From NCBI GenBank assembly GCA_963786955.1, contig CAWBAT010000006.1:320001-384000 (forward strand): a stretch of 64,000 bases of DNA, read 5' to 3'. Numbering within the stretch: position 1 is the stretch's first letter; the number at the start of each line of letters is the position of its first letter. A model generated the notes under the pieces. That model saw only the letters and a program-made list of their open reading frames with translations. It was not told where the DNA came from and made no database searches. The DNA comes from an uncultured Acidimicrobiia bacterium (GTDB taxonomy: Bacteria; Acidobacteriota; Terriglobia; Versatilivoradales; Versatilivoraceae). The translations under genes and the position numbers were made by a program. This document shows positions 21,439 through 32,408 of the stretch, in pieces.

Positions 21439-22325
21439 ATGAGAAGTCTGATAATCAATGCCGATGACTTCGGGCTGACCGAAAGGATAAATGATGCAAT
21501 CATTGAGGGTCACCGAAAAGGAATCGTCACGAGTACGACATTGATGGCAAATGGCCCGGCGTTTGACAACGCTGCGGAACGGGCAAAAACGGAGCAGAAA
21601 CTAGGAATTGGGATCCATCTGAACCTGTCAGAAGGGACGCCTATGACCGACCCATCCCAGTTAAGCTGTCTGATCAATGAAACAGGGCGGTTTTATCTTT
21701 CGCCCGTTCAAATGCTGCGAAAATTGATGGTTTCGAGGCATGAGTCTCGGTAAAGTGGAGATGGAGCTGCGTGCCCAGATCGAGAAAGTTCTCAATGCGG
21801 GAATTGAAGTAACCCATCTGGATGGACACAAACACTTCCACTTTATTCCTCAATTTCTCCACATAGCCTCCGCCTCGCCCAGGAATACAAGATCCCGGCA
21901 ATTCGCTGTGCGAGAGAGGGGACCACTCGTTTATTGCGTCTTGCCGGCAGAAACTGGCGTTCTTCACCAACCGATCTGAAACAATATTTCACCGGAAAAG
22001 CCCTTTCTATCCTCGCGAAGACAATGAAAGCGCGAATCGAATCTGCCGGATTGAAAGCCCCCGACTACCTCCTAGGAATTGCTTCGACCGGGTTCCTGGG
22101 ATTCCCACTACTTGATAAACTTGATTGCTCGATTGCCTGACGGAACAAGTGAATTGGTATGCCATCCTGGTTATGTGGACAAGCAATTAATGGATATCTC
22201 CCACTCGTTTGCTTCAACAACGCGAAACGGAAATTACCGCGTTGGTTTCCCCCGAGGTGAAAGAATGGCTTAATCGGCGCGGGGTACAACTCGTTAATTA
22301 CAGGAATCTATGCGGAGGGGCATAA
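21439..22325 (+). CDS. YdjC/ChbG/HpnK-family deacetylase, copy 2 (frameshifted)
   Basis: [33 protein letters not shown]-terminal GVQLVNY. Confidence 0.85.
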
Positions 22326-23359
22326 ATAAACATGAAAACGTTGGCGAACCTTTCAAATATTCAATTGTTGTCCCTTTTTACAATGAATGTGACAACATCC
22401 GCCCCCTATACGACAAGCTCGTAAAGGTGATGGACCAAGTCGGGAGCTCCTTTGAATTGGTTTTTGTGGATGATGGGAGCAGCGACACCAGCTTCAGGAC
22501 TCTCCAGGAGATTTTTGATCACGACCCGCGTGTGAATCTCCTGCGCCTGCGAAGAAACTTCGGACAGACCGCCGCTTTGAAGGCCGGATTCGATTTTGCC
22601 TCTGGGGAAATCATCATCTCGATGGATGGCGATCTTCAACATGACCCGGAAGAGATTCCACAATTCATCTCGAAAATTGATGAGGGGTATGATGTCGTCA
22701 GCGGTTGGCGATTCGAGAGGACTGACAACTGGCTTACACGTCAGCTACCAAGCCGGATTGCCAATTGGCTGATGTCGAAGATTGCTCGTGTGGAAATTCA
22801 CGACTTCGGCACAACCTTTAAAGCTTACCGCCACGAAATCATCAAGAACATTCAACTTTATGGCGAACTGCATCGGTTCATTCCCGCTCTTGCCAGCGGT
22901 TTGGGTGCCAACGATCGTTGAGATCCCAATCAGAAACAGCCCTCGACTGAAAGGAAAGTCAAAGTATGGCCTCTCCCGTACTTTCGGAGTGTTACTGGAT
23001 CTCATCAGCATTAAGTTCTTCCTTGATTATTCCACGCGGCCTCTTCAGTTTTTTGGGCGGTTGGGTTTAATCACGACAGGCTTGGGCGCAGGTCTCGGAT
23101 TTTTTCTTTTTTCAAGAAAGTGGTTCTCGGTCAGGCCATCATGCTCCAGCATGGACCCTTGATTTTCCTCTCAATGCTTTTATTGTTGGGAGGGGTTCAG
23201 TTTCTGACCATTGGTTTGGTCGGCGAGATGCTTTCGCGAACTTATTACGAATCGCAAAACAAGCCCATTTACAATGTGTCCGAAGTCAAGAGCTGGCGCC
23301 AAGCAAGAGAGGGAGGACAAATTTCCAATGGGGGAGCCACACAAAGTCCGCTGAGATGA
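22310..23359 (+). CDS. ArnC/GtrB-like polyprenyl-phosphate glycosyltransferase GT2 (frameshifted)
   Basis: SIVVPFYNE, VDDGSSD, RRNFGQTAAL.AG, MDGDLQHDP, YDVVSGWR, YGELHRFIP, GKSKY, two C-terminal TM helices, GL.GE. Confidence 0.88.
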
Positions 23360-24287
23360 ACAGACCACTGAGAAATGTGGCACTCCTCTGCGGATTTGCA
23401 AGTGCTATCGGTCCTTCATCAAGAAGCTCTTCGCTTGAAGATGCAGAGTCTTACTGCAGAAAATTGGCCGGATCCCACTATGAAAACTTCCTTGTCGCCT
23501 CAGTCTTTTTGCCATGCTCATCTGAGACAACATTATTACAACATCTATGCTTACTGCCGCATCAGTGACGATCTTGGCGACGAGACAAGCAGTCCGACCC
23601 TATCTTTAGAACTCTTAAACCGTTGGGAGGAAGGACTTCAGTCCTGCTTTGATGGGCATCCTCACCACCCGGTATTTATCGCACTGAGAGAAACTAGTGG
23701 AACAATTTCAGATACCCATGACTCCTTTTCAAATCTTCTCGAGGCCTTTAAAAGGGACCAAATAAAAAACCGTTATGCCACTTATGACGAATTGCTCGAC
23801 TATTGCCGATATTCTGCCAATCCTGTTGGCCATCTCGTACTTTATCTCATTGGCTATCGGGACGCAGAACGACGCGAACTCTCCGATAAGACCTGTACGG
23901 CACTTCAACTTGCAAATCATTGGCAAGATATTGGAAGGGACCTGGTTCGTCTCAACAGGATCTACATTCCTTTGGAGGATATGCATCCATTTTGGATACA
24001 CTGAAGCAGATTTGGTGGCCCAGACTTGCAATGATCGTTTCGTTGAGCTCATGCGCTTGGAAATTGGCCGAGCCAGATCCCTGTTCCAGGAAGGGCAGAA
24101 ATTGCGTGATTGGGTTAGGCCTTCTCATGCCATGGATATTGAGTTGTTCAGCCGCTGTGGTTTGGAAATCCTGCGTCAAATTGAGTTAGCCCATTACGAC
24201 GTCTTTCGTCACCGTCCAACACTTACGAAATGGAACAGCCTTAGAATACTGACCCAAAGTTGGTGGTCCCATCAGATGAGGAAATAG
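23356..24287 (+). CDS. hpnC: Squalene synthase HpnC (frameshifted)
   Basis: HYENFLVAS, YAYCRISDDLGDE, YCRYSANPVG, CTALQLANHWQD, RIYIP. Confidence 0.88.
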
Positions 24288-24292
24288 ACCTC

Positions 24293-25162
24293 GTGAGCCC
24301 TGTGGAGTCGACTAGCGAAACCCACGATTTAAAAGACTGTTACGCCCAATGCCAACACATCGCACGGGCGAGCAACTTCTACAATGGGCTTCGATTGCTG
24401 CCCTCGAAGAAACGTCTCGCGCTGGCGGCAGTCTATGCGTTCATGCGCCAGTGTGACGATATCAGCGACAATGACGGCAATCTCGATGACAAGCGAGAAC
24501 ACTTTTTGCAGACTCGCGAGGCGCTCGATAATGCGCTGAACCTCGGTCAGACAAACAGTTCTATTCTGTGGGCGCTTCGCGACACCATCCATAACTATAA
24601 GATCCCTCACGAGTATTTTCACAGGGTGATTGACGGCACAGAGATGGATCTGGTTACTTCAAACTACCAGACCTTTGAAGATCTTTACCAATATTGCTAC
24701 TTGGTCGCTTCAGTTGTGGGTCTGATCTGCATCGAGATCTTCGGCTACCAGGATGTCCAAGCCAAAAAGCATGCCATTGCCTGCGGGATTGCCTTTCAGC
24801 TGACCAACATTTTAAGAGATCTTAGCGAAGATCTGGAAAGAGACAGAGTCTATCTTCCCCTTGAGGACCTCTCTCGTTTCAATTATGCCAAAACCGACAT
24901 CCGGAACGGGATCATGGATAAGCGCTTTCAGTCCCTCATGGCTTTTGAAGTCCAGCGAACAAAGAAATTTTATGACGAGGCCAACCCCTTGGTTGGATTG
25001 CTGGATCGTGACAGCCGGCCTGCTTTTTCGGCGATGTTGGAAAGCTACAAGACAATCCTGCGAAACATCGAAAATCGCGGGTACGATGTTTTCACGGAAC
25101 GAGTAAGGCTGCAGTCGAAAGACAAGTGGCGTATCGCTCTGAAGTCTTTAGCCCATTGGTGA
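24293..25162 (+). CDS. hpnD: Presqualene diphosphate synthase HpnD
   Basis: SNFY, VYAFMRQCDDISD, YCYLVASVVG, GIAFQLTNILRD..ED..RDRVYLP. Confidence 0.88.
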   Translation: MSPVESTSETHDLKDCYAQCQHIARASNFYNGLRLLPSKKRLALAAVYAFMRQCDDISDNDGNLDDKREHFLQTREALDNALNLGQTNSSILWALRDTIHNYKIPHEYFHRVIDGTEMDLVTSNYQTFEDLYQYCYLVASVVGLICIEIFGYQDVQAKKHAIACGIAFQLTNILRDLSEDLERDRVYLPLEDLSRFNYAKTDIRNGIMDKRFQSLMAFEVQRTKKFYDEANPLVGLLDRDSRPAFSAMLESYKTILRNIENRGYDVFTERVRLQSKDKWRIALKSLAHW

Positions 25163-25169
25163 CCGCTCA

Positions 25170-26695
25170 ATGCCACGAAAGAAAGAGGTGATTATCCTGG
25201 GAGGCGGTCTGGCCGGGTTGGCAGCAGCGGTGGTCCTTGCAGATGAGGGATTCCAGGTTACGGTAGTTGAACGCCGACCTTTCCTTGGAGGAAGAGCCTC
25301 CTCCTACCCTGTTCCCAATTCACAGCGACTGAATTCACAACCAACTCGCAAATCAGGAAATTCGATTCCGGATCAAAGCGATGAAGCTGACTGAAAATTC
25401 ATCCGGTCTCGGCGCAAGAAACCACTAACGATGCCTATATTGATAACTGCCAGCATATCCTGATGAAGTGTTGCACGAACTTGCTGGATTTTTATCGCCG
25501 TCTGTCGGTTGACCATCTGATTACTTTTTTTGATCGGTTTACGTTCCTGGACCAGCATGGACGGTTAGCAATCCTCAAAGGGGCGAATCTGCCTGCCCCC
25601 TTCCATCTCATTCCCATCCTTTCTGCAATTCCATCCTCTCCGTTGGAGCGATAAGCTGGCCGTCGCCTACGGTTTGTGGTGCATGATGCGCGAACGAGAC
25701 CAACTGCAAGAACTGGATCGGACCACAATGTTGGACTGGCTCCGGAAACATCGACAGTCACGGGGGGCAATTGATGTCTTCTGGCGCCCCGTTCTTGTTA
25801 GTGCCTTAAATGAGCAAATTGAACTGGCTTCCGCCCGTTACGGTGTAAAAGTATTTCTCGACGGGTTCTTGAATCATCCGAAATCCTTTCATATGGGCGT
25901 ACCCAAGGTTCCTCTCGGTAAGCTTTATACGGAGCCGTGCCTGGAGTATTTGGAAGGCTAGGGGGGGACAAGTTCATTTACGCCGATCGGCCGCTGGGAT
26001 AGAAACGAATAATTCTAGGGTGGGCGGCATCCTCCTGAGCGATGGAACCCGGATCGTGGGGGACTATTACTTGAGTAGTGTGCCTCCTGAGGTCCTTCTA
26101 AAGTGATTCCCGGCATCACTCGTCGAAAATTCCAGCTACTTCAACAATCTCAAACAATTCCAATCCTCTCCGATCACTTCCATTTACCTATGGTTTAACA
26201 AGCCGGTCACCGACCTCGAAAACTGTGCAATCCTGGGGCACGAAATCCAATGGCTATTTAGAAGAAATGACGAACGGAGAGGAGTGGACCAAAAAAATCA
26301 TGAATATCTGGCTTTGGTGGTGAGTGCCTCCCGGAGACTCGTTCCTCTTGCTGGCTAAAGATATTATCCGCCTCGCACTGGATGATTTGCGAGCCATTTT
26401 ACCCCGTAGCGATCAAGCCAAATTACTGCACAGTGTGGTGCTCAAAGAGCCCTTTGCAACTTTTTCTTGTCGGGCAGGATGCGACGAGTATCGACTTGAA
26501 CAAAAGACTCCACTTGAAAATTTCTTTGTGGCCGGCGACTGGACCAAAACCGATTGGCCGCCAACCATGGAAGGCGCAGTACGAAGCAGTTATCGTTGTG
26601 CGGAATTGATCTTGGAAGCAGAGGGAAGATCCAGGAAGTTAACACAACCGGACTTGCCGACCAGAGGCCTACTCCGCTGGATGCCACTCATTTAG
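25170..26695 (+). CDS. hpnE: Hydroxysqualene dehydroxylase HpnE (frameshifted)
   Basis: GGGLAGLAAA, ERRPFLGGRASS, DNCQHILM.CCTNL, FWRPVLVSALNE, AGDWTKTDWPPTMEGAVRS. Confidence 0.88.
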
Positions 26696-26799
26696 TGAGT
26701 ATCCAAGGCCCCATTTCGTGGAACAATGGGTGTCTTCACAATAACACCGTCCGCCGCTGAGCTTGACGGGTGCGCCTTTCCTTGAAGTTGAAACATTTG

Positions 26800-26851
26800 T
26801 GCAGGCCAGAGGCCCGCACCACAATCTTGTGGTGCAGGCGTCCCGCCTGCA
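26800..26851. repeat. GTGG-type REP doublet between convergent hpnE and ispH
   Basis: TGCAGGCCAGAGGCCCGCACCAC / GTGGTGCAGGCGTCCCGCCTGCA. Confidence 0.65.
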
Positions 26852-26921
26852 TACCGGACAAGAGAGGACCCATGGCCTGTTCAATGGCCGAAGGCACAAA
26901 TTCGCACCGCTCGATCCTCGA

Positions 26922-27858
26922 TCAACTGGAGAGTCGCACCAATTCCGGCGGCAAAGCAAAATGGACATGCTCGTCTTCGGGCTCAATCCCTTCGACTATC
27001 GTAGCACCTAAAGAATTCAGATACTCAATCACACTGAACACAAAAGCTTCAGGCGCCGAAGCACCGGCTGTGACTCCCACAACTTCGGCACTTTCGAGCC
27101 ATTCCGGCCTAATTTCATTCTCATCATTGATGAGATAGGCAGGGACTTCCGTCGCAAGAGAAACCTCACGCAATCGTTTGGAGTTGGAGCTGTTTTGTGA
27201 ACCGATCACCAGGAGCACATCGATTTTGTCTGCAATCTCTTTTACGGCATTTTGCCGATTTTGCGTGGCGTAACAGATGTCATCTTTGGGCGGGGAATGC
27301 ATCTTAGGGATATTTTCGGCGCAACGCTTCAACAATCTCGGCCGTATCATCCAGACTTAGGGTGGTCTGAGTCAGATAAATGACCTTATCCGGATTGGGA
27401 ACCTCAAGGTTTTCCACATCGGCAACGGACCCTACTAATTGCATGGGAGCTTCGCCCATTGTTCCCTCAACTTCTTCATGATCTGGATGTCCAATCAGTA
27501 CCAACGAATATCCTTCCCGGGTAAAGCGAATGGCCTCGAGGTGGACTTTGGTGACAAGAGGACAGGTGGCATCGATTACCCGTAATCGGCGGGACGTTGC
27601 CAAATCACGAACCTGCGGCGAAACTCCGTGCGCACTAAACACGCAAACAGCCCCTTCCGGCACTGCATCAAGGCCATTCACAAATATGACTTCTCTTTTG
27701 CTCAGGTCTTCAACAACATGTTTGTTATGCACAATTTCATGAAAAACATAAATAGGTGGGGCAAATAGCTCCAAAGCTCGCTCAACAATTTCAACAGCTC
27801 GCACCACACCTGCGCAAAATCCTCTGGGATTCGCCAACATCACCTTCTTTATGGCCAT
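26922..27858 (-). CDS. ispH: 4-hydroxy-3-methylbut-2-enyl diphosphate reductase (frameshifted)
   Basis: [60 protein letters not shown]. Confidence 0.95.
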
Positions 27859-28040
27859 TGACTCTCCTTATCTGAGAAACATGAAACTTCCGGTCAATGG
27901 TTTACACAAGCATGAATCATTACCGGGAATTCTTCTCTGGAGCCGACTTCCTGCTGTCTTTGAACCTCAGCTCGCTTAAACTTAACACGCCGAAGCCAGG
28001 CAGGCAAATCTGAATCCACGCAAGTTTTCGGATTGCCCTC

Positions 28041-29232
28041 TCAAGGGATTTTTCCGCGATTCCATTTTGCACTATAGCGGTTCTTCCCAGAAGAAGTGAT
28101 GACCCCGCCCTGTTGAAGCTCGAACACTTCTCCACGCCACTCTACCTTGTGGCCAAACATACTGATCAGCCAGAGCAAAAACCCAAGTAGGTCTCTCAGC
28201 GGGAAAAGCCAAAAATGTGTTCTCACAATCGGGTCCTTCAACCAAAGCCCGCCAATAACCAGTCCAGCAAACAAGCGAAGAACCAAGGCCCCCCCAGCAA
28301 AACCAGGCTGGAGGCCGAGAAACCCAGGATACGCTGTACCCTAAGGAGAGAACCGTCCCATACGTAAAGATCAAGCCGAGGTATCCCCATGGACGGCAGG
28401 CTCTGATTCCGCGTGCAAGTCGGACCTGATGCTTGAGCATGACTGAGAATGAAATAGCCGGTTGAAGAGTCTCGACGACATAGGACGCAAGATAAATTTC
28501 GTATCCTGCTTTGGCCAAGAGATGCCCCAACATGTAGTCATCCGCCAGATGGTTGGCAATCGCCTGAAACCCTCCAATCATCTGTAACCGAGTTCGGGTA
28601 GTCGCCATGGTCGCTCCGAGCGCAAACCGGACTCCTTCAATCAAGCGACTCACGAGCACTCCCGGCATCAATTCGGCTGAAATTCCCAGAGCTTCGAGGC
28701 GGGAGACCAAGTTTGGAGTTCTCGAAGAACGATAGAGGCATGTTACTAATCCGACGTGTGGGTCTGCGAGTGGAGAAACGATAGTACGCAAATAATCTTT
28801 CGCAACCCGAATATCACTGTCGAGGATGACCAGGTGTTCATGTTTCGCCTGGGCCAGCATGTTCTCTAAATTACTGACTTTCAAATTGCTCCCAATGACT
28901 TCTTTAGAAATGACGAGCTGAATGTCACGCTCCGGGAATCGAGCTTCCAACTGCCTGATCACCGGAATGACCGGGTCATCGAAATCACGCACGCCAAAAA
29001 CAATCTGATAATCTTGGTAATCTTGACTGCAAAGCGAGCAAAAACTCTCAAAGGCTTCAACGTCCTCCCCACAGAGAGGAACCATCAGAGTTAACGGAGG
29101 GAGGAGCGTGCTCTTTTCTTCTAGATGCGTAAGGAAAAAAGCACCCGCCGCAATGAGAGAGAGCAGGTAATACACCAGGCCCATCACAGACGCAATCAGC
29201 AAAGTGTATTGGATGATCGACAGGATGAGCAT
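28041..29232 (-). CDS. hpnI: HpnI-like glycosyltransferase, copy 2 (frameshift near the C-terminus)
   Basis: PLCG, QDY, GSNLKVSNL, DSDIRV, VGLVTCLYR, LGATMA, LADDYMLG, VEWRG. Confidence 0.87.
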
Positions 29233-29234
29233 GC

Positions 29235-29603
29235 TCAGGGAAAAGAGATCAGGGCTACGCCGAGGCAGACGAATGCCGTTCCAACCCACCGAAGCGAACT
29301 GATTGTTTCTTTTAAGTAAAACTTCGCGCCAAGCGTAGTGATCACATAACTAATCGAGGTGGCTGGCACCACGAGACTCACATCGGCCCAGGAAAGCACG
29401 ATCATAAAGGCAATGAAGCTTGCAGTCATAAAGAACGCCCCCGCAACAAAACGGATGTTCGAAATCAGTTTCTTCCCATATGAAATGAGATCCCTTGGTT
29501 TCCAACTCGTGATCTCTCCCAGGTGACGCAGGCCGCTGGCTATGAGCACGTCACCCAATGAGGTGGTAACCACTATAATCATGATTAACATTGCGGTACT
29601 CAA
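29235..29603 (-). CDS. Small EamA/DMT (ArnE/F-like) membrane protein
   Basis: 122 aa, four TM; LSWADVSLVVPA, LKE.IS..RW.G. Confidence 0.8.
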   Translation of the reverse strand: MSTAMLIMIIVVTTSLGDVLIASGLRHLGEITSWKPRDLISYGKKLISNIRFVAGAFFMTASFIAFMIVLSWADVSLVVPATSISYVITTLGAKFYLKETISSLRWVGTAFVCLGVALISFP

Positions 29604-30034
29604 TGTGAAGATCCCTCCCCTGTTAGCTTGTCACGGTCCCATCCTCCCCCTGAACGTGAACCGGTCATCGAGACCATAATGACCCCGGCAAAAATCACGG
29701 CTGTCCCACACCATCGGGCCATAGACACAGACTCCAACAAGAAATAATGTGCCAGAGCCACATTGAGAACATATCCAAAGGATGACGCAGGAAGGACAAA
29801 ACTCAAGTCCGCCCACGACAGCAGAGCCGTGAACAGACAGAAAAAAACAATCAATAACAAGGCCCCGGCCCATACATACGGGCTTCCGACAACTCGAGAA
29901 GCAATCCAAAGCAAGGAAGAGGTCTCGGGTAGAGAACCCAAAAAAATTTGTTTCATCCCCTTACTCAGCAAGATATTCCCTGCAACTTGCGCGAGCATGG
30001 ACAAAATCAAAACCAGAGGTGTTCTTATTTGCAC
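29600..30034 (-). CDS. Small EamA/DMT (ArnE/F-like) membrane protein
   Basis: GN..LSKGM, LLSWADLSFVLPA, LLESVS..RW.G; GTG start overlapping the hpnK end. Confidence 0.75.
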   Translation of the reverse strand: MQIRTPLVLILSMLAQVAGNILLSKGMKQIFLGSLPETSSLLWIASRVVGSPYVWAGALLLIVFFCLFTALLSWADLSFVLPASSFGYVLNVALAHYFLLESVSMARWCGTAVIFAGVIMVSMTGSRSGGGWDRDKLTGEGSSH

Positions 30035-30922
30035 GAATCCAATCCGAAGTAGTTGATCAATTGAATGCTGGACGAATCTGAGAAACTCGATGACTTTAGG
30101 GTCCATGAGGGCCTTGTATTCTGCGAGGTGACTTTGTTCCGACAATGAAAGCGACGTTGTCTTGTAGAGCGCCGGGTGACAATGGATTTCATTGCTTGCT
30201 GCTCTAAGCTGACGCAGCAGGTAAAGGAGGTATTCGGTATTCATATTGCCAGTTTGAAGAGTCCCGTAAACCTTCTCGACAAAAGAAAACTGTTTTACCC
30301 TAAGATTCTTTTTCATCGCGCGGGCTAACCAATAGAAGACAAACCAGTAAATCGTCTTCCGAAGAACCTGTTCGGGCTTAAAGCGTAAAGCCCATCCCAG
30401 CTCTTCTTCTGGCACACGCATCCGCCTGACCCCATGGTGCTCCCCCAACTTCAGCGCGGCACTGAAAACAACCGGATGTGTGTGCATATGGAGGTGACCA
30501 TCAATATGGGAAAATGGCAATCCTGTTGATTCAAACTTTTCAAATTGGGCCGCTATTTCTCTTTGCAATTCCTCTTGTGCCTGCCTTGAACAATAATACT
30601 TAAATCCAGCGGCAAGTGGATCATTTCGAAATTCTCCCTTTTCATTGACAAGGGTCGGAATTTCACTTTGGGGGAGAACGGAACGTCCCATGACGACGAC
30701 CAAATGCAGCCCAACTGCCAATTGAGGGTTCTGGATCGCCAACTGAACCGCATTTTCAAAAGCTTTGCCCGTAACCATTAAGCTGCAACTAGTAAGCACA
30801 CCTTTCCGATGCGCTTGGATGACTGCTTCATTCACTTCCTCGGACTCTCCAAAATCATCTGCGTTTATGATGAGCCGAATCGGTTTCAAGTTGAGAGACC
30901 CCGCCTGGAACATATTCTTCAA
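30025..30922 (-). CDS. hpnK: Hopanoid-associated deacetylase HpnK (C-terminal indel)
   Basis: [47 protein letters not shown]; the natural end IQLINY..* lies in the alternate frame. Confidence 0.85.
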
Positions 30923-31113
30923 TCTGAAAACTCCGGCGCGATTGTACCAGAGACGTAGCCATCAGAGAAAGGAAACTGAAAAACACAACTTGCGGCCATT
31001 CCAGAGAATTAACGTCAAAACAATCTCAGCTGAGTGGTCTCGCATTTTCTCTTTGAGCTCTATATAATTCACTTTTCCGGAAACCGAAATCACTATTGAT
31101 CCAGGAGGCTCCC

Positions 31114-32271
31114 ATGAAAAAGCTGCTCATCATCGCCATCGTCCTTTGTGCCGCTGCCGGAATATTCTCCATGCCAGAGGAGAAGAACACGGGGTTCAAC
31201 GGGCTCGACTTGAATTTGGGAAATTTGTCGCGGCTTTCCCGGGCAAGGACTCGTTCCATTAGCCCGGAGAATTTTAGCGGAGAAAAAGGGATGGCTGGGA
31301 TGGCCACCGAAGGGACTGGCGCTCAGGCAGCGCGTGATCTCGGCCGAGGTTGGAAAATCTCTCCCTCTATCGAAATTCAACCTAAGCAAAACTATATTTT
31401 GGCTGACGTTCAGGGACCCGGAGCGATCCAGCATATCTGGATGACGCCCTCAGGTCATTGGCGCCATTTGATCCTTCGCATTTATTGGGACGGGGAGAGC
31501 AGCCCTTCAGTCGAGGCTCCGGTGGGAGATTTCTTTGCATGCGGTCTCGGGCAATATGCCCAGATTTCTTCCCTGCCGATTTGCGTCAATCCTGGGAGCG
31601 GCTTAAATTCTTATTGGCAGATGCCTTTCCGCAAATCTTGCAAAATTGCTTTTGAAAACATAAGCGGAGAAAAGATGACGCTCTACTATCAAATTGATTA
31701 TACCCTTACCGATGTGCCCGACGACGCGGCGTACTTTCATGCTCAATTTCGCCGCTCCAATCCCGTACCGGACAAGTCCGATCATGTCATTTTGGATGGG
31801 GTTAAGGGTTGGGGACAGTATGTGGGCACATCCATGATTTGGGGAAGCCACAACAACGGCTGGTGGGGTGAGGGAGAGATTAAATTTTTCCTGGATGATG
31901 ATTCTCAGTTCCCTACGATTTGCGGAACTGGAACGGAGGACTATTTTTGCGGCTCTTATGGGTTTGAGATCCCTGGAACGAATCGCTATCAGGAATTCAC
32001 TACGCCCTATTCTGGAATGCCTCGTGCAACCAAACCGGACGGGCTTCTCCAGTCGCAACAACGCTTCAGCTTGTACCGTTGGCATATCCTGGATCCGATT
32101 CGGTTTCAGAAGAATCTCAAAGTCACCATCCAGTCATTGGGCTGGCATCAACGCGGTGGCAGATACTTACATTTGCAGGACGACATCTCTTCGGTGGGTT
32201 ACTGGTATCAAACAGAACCTCATGCTCTTTTTCCGAATCTACCCGGGAAAGATGCTCTTGAATTAAACTAA
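31114..32271 (+). CDS. DUF2961 / GH172 glycoside hydrolase, exported
   Basis: Signal peptide; RSISPENF.GEKG, GPGAIQHIW, PVGDFF, WWGEGE, GTGTEDYF, YRWHI.DPI.F. Confidence 0.9.
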   Translation: MKKLLIIAIVLCAAAGIFSMPEEKNTGFNGLDLNLGNLSRLSRARTRSISPENFSGEKGMAGMATEGTGAQAARDLGRGWKISPSIEIQPKQNYILADVQGPGAIQHIWMTPSGHWRHLILRIYWDGESSPSVEAPVGDFFACGLGQYAQISSLPICVNPGSGLNSYWQMPFRKSCKIAFENISGEKMTLYYQIDYTLTDVPDDAAYFHAQFRRSNPVPDKSDHVILDGVKGWGQYVGTSMIWGSHNNGWWGEGEIKFFLDDDSQFPTICGTGTEDYFCGSYGFEIPGTNRYQEFTTPYSGMPRATKPDGLLQSQQRFSLYRWHILDPIRFQKNLKVTIQSLGWHQRGGRYLHLQDDISSVGYWYQTEPHALFPNLPGKDALELN

Positions 32272-32408
32272 TGGCCGCAGACTTAACTGGCAGAAACAGT
32301 TGCCTCGGATATCCCCGGAATCCCCGAACCTGCAAGACTACTGAATAAGAGGTACCATTCAAAAGACGGTTTGAATGGGATATTACTCATTGCCTGGAGG
32401 AGATCAAA

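Noticed and set aside
19203-27858. Pseudogenisation or programmed frameshifting of shc, hpnCE and ispH
   Set aside because: Indels hit unrelated and essential genes alike, motifs are intact, and no consistent slippery sites are seen; sequencing error is more parsimonious
29600-30922. Apparent HpnK-EamA fusion protein (440 aa ORF)
   Set aside because: The canonical HpnK ending (IQLINY...stop at 30025) is present in the adjacent frame, and a GTG at 30034 can start the EamA gene; one indel explains the fusion
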